Shown: piece after piece, positions 13,501 to 26,260 of the stretch
Layout of the letters: every line of letters starts with the position of its first letter
Numbering within the stretch: the first letter of the stretch is position 1
Source of the DNA: Camelus dromedarius
Lineage: Eukaryota
Direction: 5' to 3'
Length of the DNA stretch: 64,000 nt
NCBI RefSeq assembly: GCF_036321535.1
Contig: NC_087436.1
Location: forward strand, 97,528,001 to 97,592,000
Notes under the pieces: generated by a model
Databases searched by the model: none
What the model was told of the DNA's origin: nothing
What the model saw: only the letters and a program-made list of their open reading frames with translations
Translations under genes and position numbers: made by a program

Positions 13501-16500
13501 ATAAACAAATGAATTTCAAAAGTATCCTTCTAACGAGTAATTTTTGCATATATATATGGCATCCAATTATGTTGCCTTCATATAGAAAAGAAACATTGAC
13601 TCTGAAACTCTAAGAGGGATGGAGAGGATGTCCCACACGAAGCCTGGGGAGAGAAAGTGCAGGCTCTGTTCCTTCATTTAACTCTGCTGCCTTATCTTAG
13701 AACAATTAGAAAACAAATGAAGAAGAAGGGATCTTTGAGACTGTGTGATTTTCCTAGATTTTTATAGAAGGGAAAAAAAAACAAAACAGAGATTTAGGGG
13801 AGAGAACTGGTTCACTGATTAACCTTTAAGAAAGATGTATTTTGCTAAGCGATTCAAATGTTTTACATCTTTGGAGCATGAGCAAAAGGGTAACGCATTT
13901 GAATGGTTCTACGCATATTTTATCTTGTGTTTTATAAAGAATATCCTTTATAACCGAAAGAATATCCTTTTAACATAAAATTAATTACAGTTGAAAATAA
14001 CAGCTAATTTCAGACTTTAGAAGTTTTTCTCAATTTCTTAAAGTCTGTGCTTACAGCAATTTGCAGTCTGTCTCACAAGCAAAGGTGCCGGTGTAAGATG
14101 CATCTGTGAGAAAAATGAGAGACGTGGAACTGCTGTGAGGTCAGCACTGCCTGGGAAAACAGGGTCACGTCGATATAATTGCCAAGACTCACTCTTCAGG
14201 TCTCATTCATTTCCCGAGGAAATACAGGAGAGGCTTTAGAAAGGGGAGAACACACAGCTGGCAGGAGAGAAACTAAGCAGATCTGAAGTGCAGTTGATAA
14301 AAAAGAAAAAAATCCCTTAAGCTGGCTGCCTTGTCAAACAATGATCACAAAGATCCTGACCCTCTTCACAGGTCTCTTGTGACTTGAGCAGCTCTGTGAG
14401 CTGCCTCATTAGTTCCTGAGAGCTGGACATGGCATGCTACTACATTTGTGTTACATTCAAAGGTGCTACTCATTTTCATGACATACCCGATGGGTTCATT
14501 TGAGTAATTGAATTGGTTTACTGCACGGAAAAATCAAGTTTTGGCAATATATTTATTTCATTAACCTATATTGAGTTTTTCTCTGTAAAAAATTATGTAA
14601 TAAAATAAAGATAACAAATGCCACCTATCTAGGTCAATATATTGAAGCCATAAAGTTCTCAAATTCTGCAGATTGGCAGACAAATACAGTTTTCAGTTAT
14701 ATATTCATATACCTCCAAGTGGATGAGAGGCTAGAATTTGAAAAAGTATTGGAAAACTTGTGAAATTATATCCTGTTCTATAAATAGTAAGATCTTATTA
14801 TCTACAAACATGCGTTAAAGTTGGCTTTAATTATTTGTCCAATGGTTGTGACTTCTGTTTGAACCTACAATAACAGAACAATCAGAATGAGGAGTTTATA
14901 ATAATGTAGCTTAAAAAAATCTGTGTCTGTTTAATTGTCAGTTGTGCTGTGAACTCTGATAGGCTTGCTGACTAGAACAAATACTCAAAATCCATAATGT
15001 TTGCTTAAAAAGGCAGAGTAGTGTTCCAGCTTAGTAGGCTTATTTGTCTCTTTTCAAAGGGAAGTCACAATAAAAATAAGACAGCAATAATCACTGCACA
15101 CAGGAAATTGCAGTTTTATAAGAATGAGAAACACACAAATAAGCATAAAAGGCAAAATGCAATATATCAAAGGTAATTGATTAGAATTAATATTATTTAA
15201 TATAAAAAAGTCATCACTGTAAACTCACCATTCTGTTAGGGTTTGAAGAAATTCAATGGATGGTATTTCTATTTTCTTCACTTAAGTTCAACATCTGTTA
15301 AGGGAAAAAAAAAAAGAAGGTTCTGGTGGATAAAAATTAAAGTAGAATCTTTATTATCAATAAAGCTGATACTTAAGAATATAAATTAGGTGAGCTTCAG
15401 GGTTAGACCGACTCATCCTCTAGTTTAGAAGAAGCTCTGTGCCACCACATGTTGTCTTCCTCCAGGACAACTGAACAAACTTCATAATCATATTCAAAGG
15501 CTCTTCAATATACCCATATTTTTTCTTGTTTTCCTCAGACTTCTTAAATTATAGTCAATACCTCCCCTCTCCTTCCTTTTTTGAAAAAAAAAAAAAAAAA
15601 CCTTCAAAATTTCCTCATAGGTATGGTGTGTGTGCATGCACGGGCTTGTGCATGCATATTTGTGTGTGTCAAAGTCCACCTTATCAGTGATAAAGTATTT
15701 TTTTAACTTGTGGATAGATTTGATAGGCAGTAGAAAATATTGAAAATTTTTTTGACAAACATCAATCTAAGATTAAAAAAATTACAAGATTACAAACTGA
15801 AATTATGAAATTGGTCATATGTTTTAGAACTCCTCTCTTTCCCTAATGCATTTCATGAAGTGAAAGCATTAAAGAAAAGCATTTATAAAAGTGAAAGAAA
15901 GTGGCTCATACGTGGCTGACTCTCAACAAATGACAGTTCCCCTTCTCCCTTTCATTTCCTTATTCTGGACCCTTGGAGGGAAGGGACGCCAACTCTGTGA
16001 ATTTCCAGTTGGATTTTCACAATCAAGTAGAGTTGGTAGCTTCTGAAATTATCAGCATTGATTTTTTGGTGTCAATTTAAAAATAGAATTGCAAAGTATT
16101 ATGAGAAGAAATAGGCCTGCTGTCATTTGGAAACAGGGATAGAAAAACCACGGTTTTCCAAAACTTCTTTGTGCACTTCAGAATTCGCCAAGTCAACATA
16201 TTTGTTTTTGATGTTATCACTACATTTTCAGTTTCACTTTTCAATTTTAAGGCAGGTTTGAAAGAAAGTCTGTAGCTTATGCTTTATAAATATTTAAGCT
16301 GCCACTGTATAGAGTTGAAATCTGCAGCCAGGAGGAAAGTGGAAAACATAATTGGGGAAAAAAGACACAACATTAGAAAAACCTCAAACAGTGCTGGATA
16401 ACTTGGTAGGAAAACAAGTGTGTTGACAGACAGAATCATTTCCTCTGGAGCTAATTTTAAAGTACCCAAAAGCTGAATGATTACAAAAAAATTCTTGCCA

Positions 16501-16754
16501 TTTCCACTTAAATAATTTATTTATAGGTCTAGTATAATCAAATTCCCTTTTACAGATTTGGGCTCAGAACTAGGATCTTAGTAAAAATAAAGTTAAACAG
16601 CTAGTACATATCTTTTTAATCTATTTATTCTAAAAAATATATTATGATTACTCAAAAAGTACATATTTAGTAATTATAATAATAATTAAAAGTTCAAATT
16701 ATTTGTAAGTGGTAGGTATGAGAGGAAGTGCTGAGAATTATCATCTCACGTGGT

Positions 16755-16905
16755 ATTCCTTATGAAGTAGGTCTTAGTATCCATACTTTATGTATGGAAG
16801 AATTGATCTTTACAGAAGTGAAGTGATGTAACTTGACAAAGCTGACAATTGTTAGAGCTAGAACTATAACCCATCTGTTCTCCTCAAAGTCCATGATCCT
16901 AACTG
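16755..16905 (-). mobile_element. MIR fragment
   Basis: 'tatgaagtagg...atccatactttatgtatggaagaattgatctttacagaagtgaagtga...aacttgacaaag'. Confidence 0.6.
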
Positions 16906-16934
16906 CACAAAACAAAATCACTATTATCACTTGG

Positions 16935-17495
16935 TGTACAATGCAGACCTTGGAGTGGGCCCCATGATTCCTGCCCCTGGATGTTCATGCCTGGTGTAGT
17001 CCCTTCCCGCTGAGTGTGGCGGGACCTCAGAGTTGCCTCTAGACAATAGAATGCGGGAAAGGTGAAGAACTTTTGGAGATATAATTAAAACCTCAGATCA
17101 GATTCTCCGTGCAGGCTTGGCGAAATAAATGGTCATGCTAAGAAAGCTCATTTGGCAAGGAACTGTGGGCAGCCTCTAGAAACCATGGGCAGCCTCTTGC
17201 ACGTGAAGCAGCTTCCAGCAGATGGTCAGCAAAAACGCAGCATCCTTACTCACACAACGGTAAGGGAATGAATTCTGCCAACAGCGTGAATGAGCTTAGA
17301 ATTGAATTCTTCTCCAGTCAAGCCTCCAGACGAGAAGGTGGGCCTTGATTGCCTGCTTCTGAGACCCTGAGCAGAAAATCCACCTAAGCTGTGCTCAGAT
17401 TTCTGACCCAAAGAAACTATGAGATCATAAATTTGTGTTGCTTTATGTGGATAAATTTATAGTAATTTGTTATGTATCAATATAAAATGAATATA
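16935..17495 (+). mobile_element. MaLR solo LTR (MLT1E/F-like)
   Basis: 'cccatgattcctgcccctgg...gaatgaattctgccaacagcgtgaatgagcttag...ttctgacccaaagaaactatgagatcataaatttgtgttgc'. Confidence 0.85.
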
Positions 17496-17589
17496 AAGTG
17501 ATTATAACTATATTATATTAATTATAAGAACATCTCTTCAAAATGAAGTTAATCTTTCTTTGGATGGGCAAAAGTTTATGATCTCCTTT

Positions 17590-18680
17590 CTTTTTTTCAC
17601 CCAACTTTCTTGGGGAATAATTGACAAATATAATTGTATATATTTTAAGTGTGCAATATGGTGGTTTGATATGCATATATATTGTGGAATAATTAAAGAA
17701 ATTAAGATAATTAACACATCCATCATATCACATAGTTAATTTTTATGTGTGATCAGGATGCTTAAGATCTACTCTCAGCAACTTTTAAGTATGTAACACT
17801 ATACTATTAACTATAGTCACCATGATGTACATTAAATCCTCAGAAGTTCTTCTTACAACTGAACATTTGTACCCTTTGACCGACACCTCTCCATCTCCCC
17901 TTACCTTGGACTCTGACAACCACCCTTCTGTTCTCTGTATCTATGAAATCAACTTACTTTTCCTTTTTTTTTGCGATTCCACCTGTAAGTGATACCATAC
18001 AGTGTTTTTTTTTCTCTGTCTGGTTTATTTCACTCAGCAAAATACCCTCCATGTTCATTCTGGATATCATAAATGGCAGGAATTTTTCTTTTCTGTGACT
18101 GAATAATTTTCCATTGTGTATGTATATCACATTTTCTTTCATTTTTCCTCCTTCCAGTGATATTCACTTATTTTTTATTAAGGTAACAGTGTTTTATGAT
18201 ATTACACAAGTTTCATGTATACATTATACTTCTAGTTCGGTATACACTATAGCATGTTTACTACCAAATCTTGTTTCCACCTGTCACCATATAGTTGACC
18301 CTCTTTACCCATTTTGCCATACCCCTGCCCTTTCCCCTCTGGTAACCACTACTCTGTTCTCTGTATATACATGATTTTTACTCTTTTATTTTGTTAATGT
18401 GGTGCATCACACTGATTAATGTGCATATGTTGAACCACTCTTGCATTCCAGGGATAAATCCCACTTGATCATGGTGTGTATTCTTTTTAATTTGCTCCTG
18501 AATTCAATGTGCTAGTATTTTGCTGAGGATTTTTGCATCCGTGTTATTCAGGGATACTGACCTGTAATTTTTTTTTTCTTATAGTATCCTTCTCTTGTAT
18601 AACAATGATGCTGGCCTTGTGAAATGAGTTTGGAAATATTCTTTTGCAAGAATTTGAGAAGAATTGGTGTTAATTCTTTT
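17590..18680 (-). mobile_element. L1 mosaic: two 3'-end pieces (17590-18150, 18170-18390) and an ORF2 RT fragment (18390-18680)
   Basis: Minus-strand translation near 18393-18478 [28 protein letters not shown] (L1 RT); ORF2 C-terminal remnant in ORF 17954-18142; T-rich tails. Confidence 0.9.
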
Positions 18681-18704
18681 TTCTTTACATAATTAAAGAA
18701 CCTA

Positions 18705-19040
18705 AAATCAGGAAGAGGGAAGGATGACTAGATAGAGCACTGTGGATTTTTAGGGCAGTAAAACTAGTCTTATAATCACGGATACACATTGTTACACATT
18801 CAGAAAGCCCATAGAGTTTACTATGAGGGAACCCAAATGTAAACTATGGATTTGGGTTATAATGAAATGATGCATCAACATAAGTTCATCAATTTTACCA
18901 CTCTGATGTGGGATATTTATACTAGGAGGAGAGTGTGCATGTGTGGGGATGGGGGTATGCTGGAATTCTATATAATTTCCACTTAGTTTTGTTGTGAACC
19001 TAAAACTCATCTAAAAAGTAAAGCTTTTTAAAAAATAAAA
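18705..19040 (+). mobile_element. L1MC-like 3' end
   Basis: 'gagcactgtggatttttagggcagtaaaact...aatgtaaactatggatttggg...gtgaacctaaaact' then A-rich tail. Confidence 0.85.
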
Positions 19041-19129
19041 CATAACAATGCTAAAATGAATTTTTTAAATATAAATTGATCACTAATGATCTCTATGTAA
19101 ATTATGTACAGGAAATGGGTTTTACTCAG

Positions 19130-19467
19130 GTTTGACTCTGAAGGCAGCAGTGAGATGTATCAGCTTTTTGCAGTGGTGTGGATGAGAAGCTAGCTTGATA
19201 AGCATAAGGGTTTGAGCCACAACGGATCCCACAGTCCACTGCGTAATTACCCACTGTCTGGGTAACAGGCAGCTGGGGTGGCAGCAGTGATGTCACAGGA
19301 TGACAGCAGTATCCTGACCACCAGATTGCAGTTGCAGTGATGTGACTTGAAACTCAAGGTGCAGAGGCTTATCCCCTACCCTTTCCAATGACTCTGTAAG
19401 CACCAAACTACTTGTAGTAATTCTACTTCTGCCTGTAATGTCTTGATGGACTAAATTATTGATACAC
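19130..19467 (+). mobile_element. ERVL-class LTR fragment (LTR40/41-like)
   Basis: 'ggcagcag...cctgaccaccagattgcagttgcagtgatgtgacttgaaactc...tttccaatgactctgtaagcacc...tgataca'. Confidence 0.55.
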
Positions 19468-19614
19468 TGGCATAATAAACATAGAATAAAACATAATTAC
19501 ATAGGTAATTTTGAAACAACTAAAAACAGATAGAAGACTTAACTTACTAAGCAACACCTCTATAGTAGGTTCTATGGGTAGGTGACACTTCAGTTCTTGT
19601 TGTCACTCATCTGA

Positions 19615-20780
19615 CTCTTTTTAAATAAACTGTGTTAGAATAGTTACTTATAGGACAATGTTGGCAATAGTGCAGAGAGTTTCCATATATGCTGTAGTTC
19701 TTTCCCTCTACTTTTAACATTGTATATTAGTATGCTACACTTCTCACAAGTAATGAATCAACATTGGTGTGATATTATTATCTGTACTCCATACTTTATT
19801 CAAATTTCCTTAGTTTCTACCTAATGTTCTTCTGTTCTAGACTCCCGTCTAGGATATATCACTGACATTTAGTAGCCAGGTCTTCTCAGGCTCCTCTAGG
19901 TTGTGAGTTTCTCATCGACATGACTCATCATTGTTGATGTTAACATTGATGACCTGGCTGAGGTTGTGTTTCTCAGGTCTACCTAGTAAAAAGTCACGTT
20001 TACCATTTTTCATGTTCTTTGTTTTTTGGAAGTGACTATGAGTGCATCCTCCTCTTAAGGAGTGGGGAGGTATGATCCACCTCCTTGAGATCAAAGTATC
20101 TTGGAATTCTTCTTTCTTTTATTAAATTTTACTTTGATTTCATTATGGTTTGAGAACATACTTTATATGATTTTTATTCCTTTAAATTTATTAGGATGTG
20201 TTTTATGGACTCAAGTGTAGTCTGTTTTGGTGAATGTTCTATGTGAGTGTGAAAAGAACATGTATTCTGCTGTTGATGGATAACAAACATGTTCATAAGT
20301 GCCAATTAGGTTAAGTTGACTTATAATGATGTTCATGTCATCCAAATACATTTTGTCTGATTTATTTGTCAATTACTTAAAGAGGGCTATTGAACTCTGA
20401 AAATAAAAGTAAAAAATTTTTTTTCTTTTCATTTCTATCTGATTTTCTTTCTGTATTTGGATAATCTGTTGTTAGGTGCATACACTGCTAGGACTGCTAT
20501 GTCTTTTTTGGATATTTGCTGCATTATCTTTATATAATGCACCTCTTTATCTCTGCTCATTCCTCTCATTCTAAAATCTTGTTTGTAACTGTTTTCTATT
20601 TGTTGCATTTATTCTTTTTTCTTGAATCTCTCTCTTTCTGCCATCTCTGATTTTAACTGATCATTTGATTTGATTTGATCTCACCTGTTTTCACATTGAT
20701 TACATTTATTTTAAAAAAAATTCTAGTGCTTGTCCTAGATCCTGAAATATATACTTTCAAATAATCTGAGTCCATCAGCA
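19615..20780 (-). mobile_element. Old L1 (L1MC-like 3' end joined to an ORF2 endonuclease-region fragment)
   Basis: 'gcagagagtttccatata...aatgaatcaacattg...tattatta'; 'ttggtgaatgttctatgtgagtgtgaaaagaacatgtattctgctgttg'; 'ctgttgttaggtgcatacac'. Confidence 0.8.
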
Positions 20781-20994
20781 TTCATGTTACTTACTTTGCA
20801 CATTCATTAGATTGTCTGAATGGATTCCCACAGGCTTCCTAAGAGGAGCAGCAGAGAATCTGGATCAGAAAGTAAGAAGTGCCCTGTGCAGCTGTGGCAG
20901 GGTGCTGTCAAGTCACTCCTGCATATGGCTGGCTGCTGCATCAATTCAAGGAAGAAAGTAGGCAAGCAAGGATGTGAGATGGTTTTTGAGAATT

Positions 20995-21175
20995 GTACAC
21001 CATGGCTCTGGAGCCAGATTGACATAACTGACATAATTTCATTGCCTCTTTTACTGTTTTTACTTAGGTAGCACTGGAAAACATTATTTTAAATTTCTGA
21101 ATTCAGATTTCCTCAAACATAAAATGAGAATAGTAGTAACACATAATTCATGGAAATCTTGTAAGGGCTAAAAGT
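20995..21175 (+). mobile_element. MIR fragment
   Basis: 'catggctctggagccagatt...tcagatttcctcaaacataaaatgagaatagtagtaac'. Confidence 0.6.
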
Positions 21176-22313
21176 ATATACAGATATATCTATTATATAT
21201 GTAATATATGTACAGAAATGCATACATACATGCTGATATAATTCTGCAGATATTAGATGCCAAACAGCATAAATGTTGTTCATATTTGGTATAAAAATAA
21301 TGAAGTACTAAATTTAATCAGATTAATAATAAACAAGCTGACAAAATCATTCTTGGATGAATTTTTAAAATAGATCAAGATGTGTGTGGGAGGATAAGTG
21401 AACTGGTATGAGGAGAGCTACCTTTGCTGAGTTCCTCATATTTAATGAGGCATATTCAAAAGATCCTATTTATTCCCGACTCTGAAGTACAGAGATATAC
21501 ATTATAAAGAATACCTTGGAATACTGTGACTTAACAATTGGTTGTATAAAATAGACTCTATAACTTCAAAAGTACTGGAGATAAAAGCTGAAAAGTTGTA
21601 ACCTATGGAAATAATTTGTAAGCCTTCAAAAACGTCAAGATGACCAAACTAAGATCAAATAAATTACTGTAAAATGTAAATGTGATACAAAGTATTTTTT
21701 GTAAATAAGAAAATTTACTTGCAGCAAATTTAAAACCTTTTCCAGGGCCATATAATTAGTTTTTATGTGTGTATATATGTACACATATTTTGTATATATA
21801 TGCTTATATACATCACATTTTGATTAAAGGATCTGAAATGCTTCACATGACAAGTTAAAATAGAAAATTTCATTTTCTCAGTTTCTTGATGACTGTCAAA
21901 TACAAATCTGAGAAGAAATATTTTCTCTTCATTGTGTCAGTATATTTTATATGCACTGTATGTTTGTTTGGAGTGTTTTTCTTTAAGGAACAGGAAATAC
22001 AGTGTCAGAGTTCTTTCAGAATTTTAAGATATAATTTGATGAAGAAGAATCATCATTTCTATATTTTATGAAACCTTAATGGAAAGGTTGATATCACCGA
22101 TTTCATAACATTTATTGAAGTTGTGAAGCATAGAGTGACTTTATCAGTTTTATCTTTTGCCCTTGGAAGTAGATACACTCCAGATACTTATTGAACTTAG
22201 GACAATATTATTTTATATATGCTTTGATACAATTTTTAATCCAAAACATTAGATTGAAGTTCCATGAAACTTAAAGAGTCAAGAAAATGCAAAAAGAAAT
22301 TGTCACCAGTGGT

Positions 22314-22708
22314 TTTTATGGACTGGATAGTGTCCACCCCCCAAATTTCAAATGATGAAACACCAACTCCCATTGTGACTATACTTTGAGATAGGTAATG
22401 AGGTAAATAAGATTAAATTAAATCATAAGGTTGGGGCTCTAGCCTGATAGGACTGGTGCACTTATAAGAAAAGGATGAGACACCAAAGATCGACCTTTCT
22501 CTGTATGAGCACAGAGGAAATGTTATGTGAAACCACAGTGAGAAGGTGGCCATCCACAAGCCAGGAAGACAGGTCACCCCAGAAAGCAACCCTGCTGGCA
22601 CCTTAGTCATGGATTTCCAGCCTCCAAGCCTGTGAGAAAATTAATTTCTGCTATTTAACCCACCCAATATGTGTTTTATTATTATGGCAACCTGAGTTGA
22701 CTAATAAA
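22314..22708 (+). mobile_element. MaLR solo LTR (MLT1A/B-like)
   Basis: 'gataggactggtgcacttataagaaaagga...gagaaggtggccatccacaagccaggaag...gatttccagcctccaagcctgtgagaaaattaatttctg'. Confidence 0.88.
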
Positions 22709-25700
22709 GGAATAAAAATCATGGGGAGAAATGTAGAAGGAGATGCTGTAGAAAAATCTATAAAGTTAACATCTACATCTTATGTTGGTAAATAAAATAG
22801 TTCTAAAATGAAGAAAATGATATCTAGGAAAATGGGAAGGGTAACTTGAGTTTAAGAAATATATCAATAGTCTAAACATCAAAGTCTTTAACTAGTCCTT
22901 CCCTAACATGTATAAATATTGCCAGAGAATAAAATGAGAGGCATACATAATTTCCAGAAATGAGGGCATTTAAAACTCAATGGACTCTATTTCTGTCCAA
23001 TTTGTTACACACACCCTAACTTGTAAAAAACCTAAATGAATGACTCAGCTTTAAGAAGTCCATGTGTGTGTGAGTGTCGTATGTTCTATACTTTCATAGC
23101 CAGGATAATTTTTTAAGTTTATAATTCATTTTTTAACAGAAAGCAAATATACCTTTAAGTTTCATGTAATTGACTCCATCAACAAACCTATGTGTAAAGT
23201 TAGTATTTAGGAGCATTCTGATATTCCTCAATAACTGACAAGCAAAGCAATTTTGAATGCAAATGAGATAGTCAGAATATTCATAATATTTATCATAGGC
23301 ATTTTCAAGCTAATTATACCATAGATTTCTTATTATTAGTAGCATATAACATAAAAAAATGTTTGTGAAAGCCATAATACTTCAGTGTTACATTTTGCAG
23401 TTCAAGTATAAATCATTCAGGGAGTTAATCTAATGGTTTATTTTTTTTCACAGGAAATAAAATAAACACAGTACATTACATCTTAATTTGATTGATTAAA
23501 AGAAGTTATATTAAGGTAGACTTTGAGAGGAAGGAGGGGCTTCCATATGTACAGGGAGGAATCTGCAGGGTACTGTCCTGGTACTGAATCACATTATTTA
23601 CTAGTCTCCTTGTTGCTCCAAATGCAGATCATAGGCAGCTCCTCTCTAATTCTCCCTAAAACACTTTGGTTCTTTTTCTATTTTAATTTTTAAAATTTGA
23701 CCACCATTTTTTACTGGAAAAGTAAAAATCTTGACACATTTCAATATCAATTTAGCTAAGTCATTATCATTTTAAAGAACTGTTATTATGTTCATTTTAC
23801 AGACTGTGAAATGTCCTAGTTCTTTCTCCCAATCCTAATAATGAATGTCTGGCTCTCATAAAACAGTAAGAATTCTACCATACCTCTCCTCAGGGCCCTT
23901 CCCACTTTAAATTTTGACTGTGAGAATCTCAAAATAACACTTCACCGCTTTTTTAGACCTTAGATTCTTACACTAGGGTTCAGGAAAACAAGATATTGTT
24001 TATATTGTCAGTAAATATAATGTCATGCATGTGGAGATATTTAACCATGATAATATTATATAGTCTTTGAGCAGCTTAAATTTAGAACATGGTATATTTT
24101 TGTCTAGCATAAATCTAAGTGATAACAAGATTAATGAAAATAAGATATTCTATGAATAATAACGTGCTATCAAAATTTTCAGAATACCTGTATGGTGAAT
24201 CTGAGGTGGTCTATATGGGGAAATGGGAGAGGAAAATAAATGAGCATCTATGTTTAACTACGGAAGACTAATGATTTCAGGAAGAAATGGTTGGAATTAA
24301 TTCAGTAGATCACAGTAATCCATTTTGAGTTATTCAACAGGCAAGTAGCAATATGGAAAATATTTTGAGAAGAATAATATAGCAGTAACATATAATATGG
24401 AGAAATAGAAAAGTGGAGTCATTGTAGCCCAACTGAAGTATTCTATTAGAGAAAGCTATAAAGACAACATGAATCAAGGCAAAGTAAAGATATAAAGATT
24501 TACTGTCTGAATAGATACAAGCAGGAGAGAGAAAAGTGTAAAATGAATTTGGGACTTTGATTTGGAGAAGTGGAAGAATGGGATGCATTTTAAAAAATGA
24601 GGAATTACATATATAGAGAAATTTGTGAATTCTCCTTTAGGTGTGTTGAGTATGAAACGGAAGTGGACTACTCGGTAGGGGATAACTATATAGGACTTAC
24701 TATACATATGCTACACACACATACATATGCTACACATACTTCTAAGCACTTTATAGATACTTACGCATTCAGTATCAAATAAAATTATAATAATATATAA
24801 ATCACATATGAAATATATAATATATTTTATAATATGTTAATAATATTTTAGGCAATTGTCAGTATCTGATTCAGAACTGCAAATTTTCCTACATGATCAT
24901 CAGTATTTATCATGTTCTAATTACAGCCTCTTCTATAGGAAAAGAACAATAATAATTTCAAAATAACTTACTTAACTTTTTCTAGAGGCTAAAATGGATA
25001 AAATTGACAGCTCTGTATCTCTGAATATATATTTCCATTAGACTCCATAGAAGGTATTGCAATTTTGGGAAGACAAAGGCTAAACTTCGATGATCATTCA
25101 TGCACTGGGACTAGTTACCAAATGCTTACACTACACATTTGAAAGCCACATAATTTCTCCTTAAAACAGCTTGGAAGAAGTCAATGGTTACCTCATGTGC
25201 TCAGATATTTTTTCCTAAGGCAAAATAACTTATTTACTTTAGGATCTGTGCAGAATAGTTCATGATTTACCTTAGTACACGGATTATGAATTTGCATCAT
25301 TCTACAGTAATGTTGTAACTTAAGCTACAATACGAAGTCTTACCATTTCTGTCAATGCTTCCAGTTAATTTTAATAAGAATAGCAAAAATCTGCCCTTGA
25401 GCAAAATTTTCACTTAAGAATTTCTCCCAGAAATGAGCCAAAAACTAAAAACACACATTATTAGCAGATACGAACTTCTCTTTTTTTGCAGATCTATTGA
25501 CCAGTAGACCTAAACTTCCATCAAACAATATTTAGGAATTCACAGTCATATACAGCAACTCTGTAACACTTTAAAACTATAATAAACTGTTGGAGAAATC
25601 ACATTTGATACATTTGAAAGACTTTTTTAATCTGATTTATTTAATCTTCTTTTCTCTCTGCTTTCTTCCACCTTTTGTTGCTTCTCAGCCTCATGACTGC

Positions 25701-25942
25701 TTCCTCTTTGCACCTTATAGCTCCATCTTCAGTCATTTCCTCACTGCATTTTCCTTTTATCTTTTTTCTGTATGTTATTTTTGCTCTTAGTACTTAATTT
25801 GTTCTTTCCTTAACTTTACTCTCTCTTTTTTTTTAAAGTCACTTTACTCAATGATTTTAAGTAGAAGTAGGCTTGAATTTAATATTAAGAAAAAAGTACA
25901 TGTTTTCTAACCCCAGAGACAGTATCATCATCTTGCCTTTTT

Positions 25943-26260
25943 TTTTTTTTTTCAATTGAGTTATAGTCAGTTTACAATGTTGTGTCAATTTCTGGGGTAC
26001 AGCATAATTTTTCAGTCATACATAAATATACATATATTCATTTACATATTCTTTTTCACCATGAGCTACTACAAGATCTTGAATATATTTCCCTGTGCTA
26101 TACAATATAAACTTGTTTATCTATTCTATATATACCTGTCAGTATCTACAAATCTCAAACTTCTAGCCTCCACCCCTCTGGCAACCACAAGTTTGTATTC
26201 TATGTCTGTGAGACTGTTTCTGTTTTATATTAAAGTTCATTTGTCTTCTTTTTTTTTTTG
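25943..26260 (-). mobile_element. Young 5'-truncated L1 3' end (cetartiodactyl/camelid type)
   Basis: Poly-T tail then 'attgagttatagtcagtttacaatgttgtgtcaatttct'; ~15-bp TSD tcatcttgcYttttt at 25928 and 26261. Confidence 0.92.

Noticed and set aside
13936..13975. 21-bp tandem duplication (similar small ones near 24702, 57647 and 62758)
   Set aside because: Ordinary two-copy slippage events; no repeat-spacer or CRISPR-like organisation anywhere in the window
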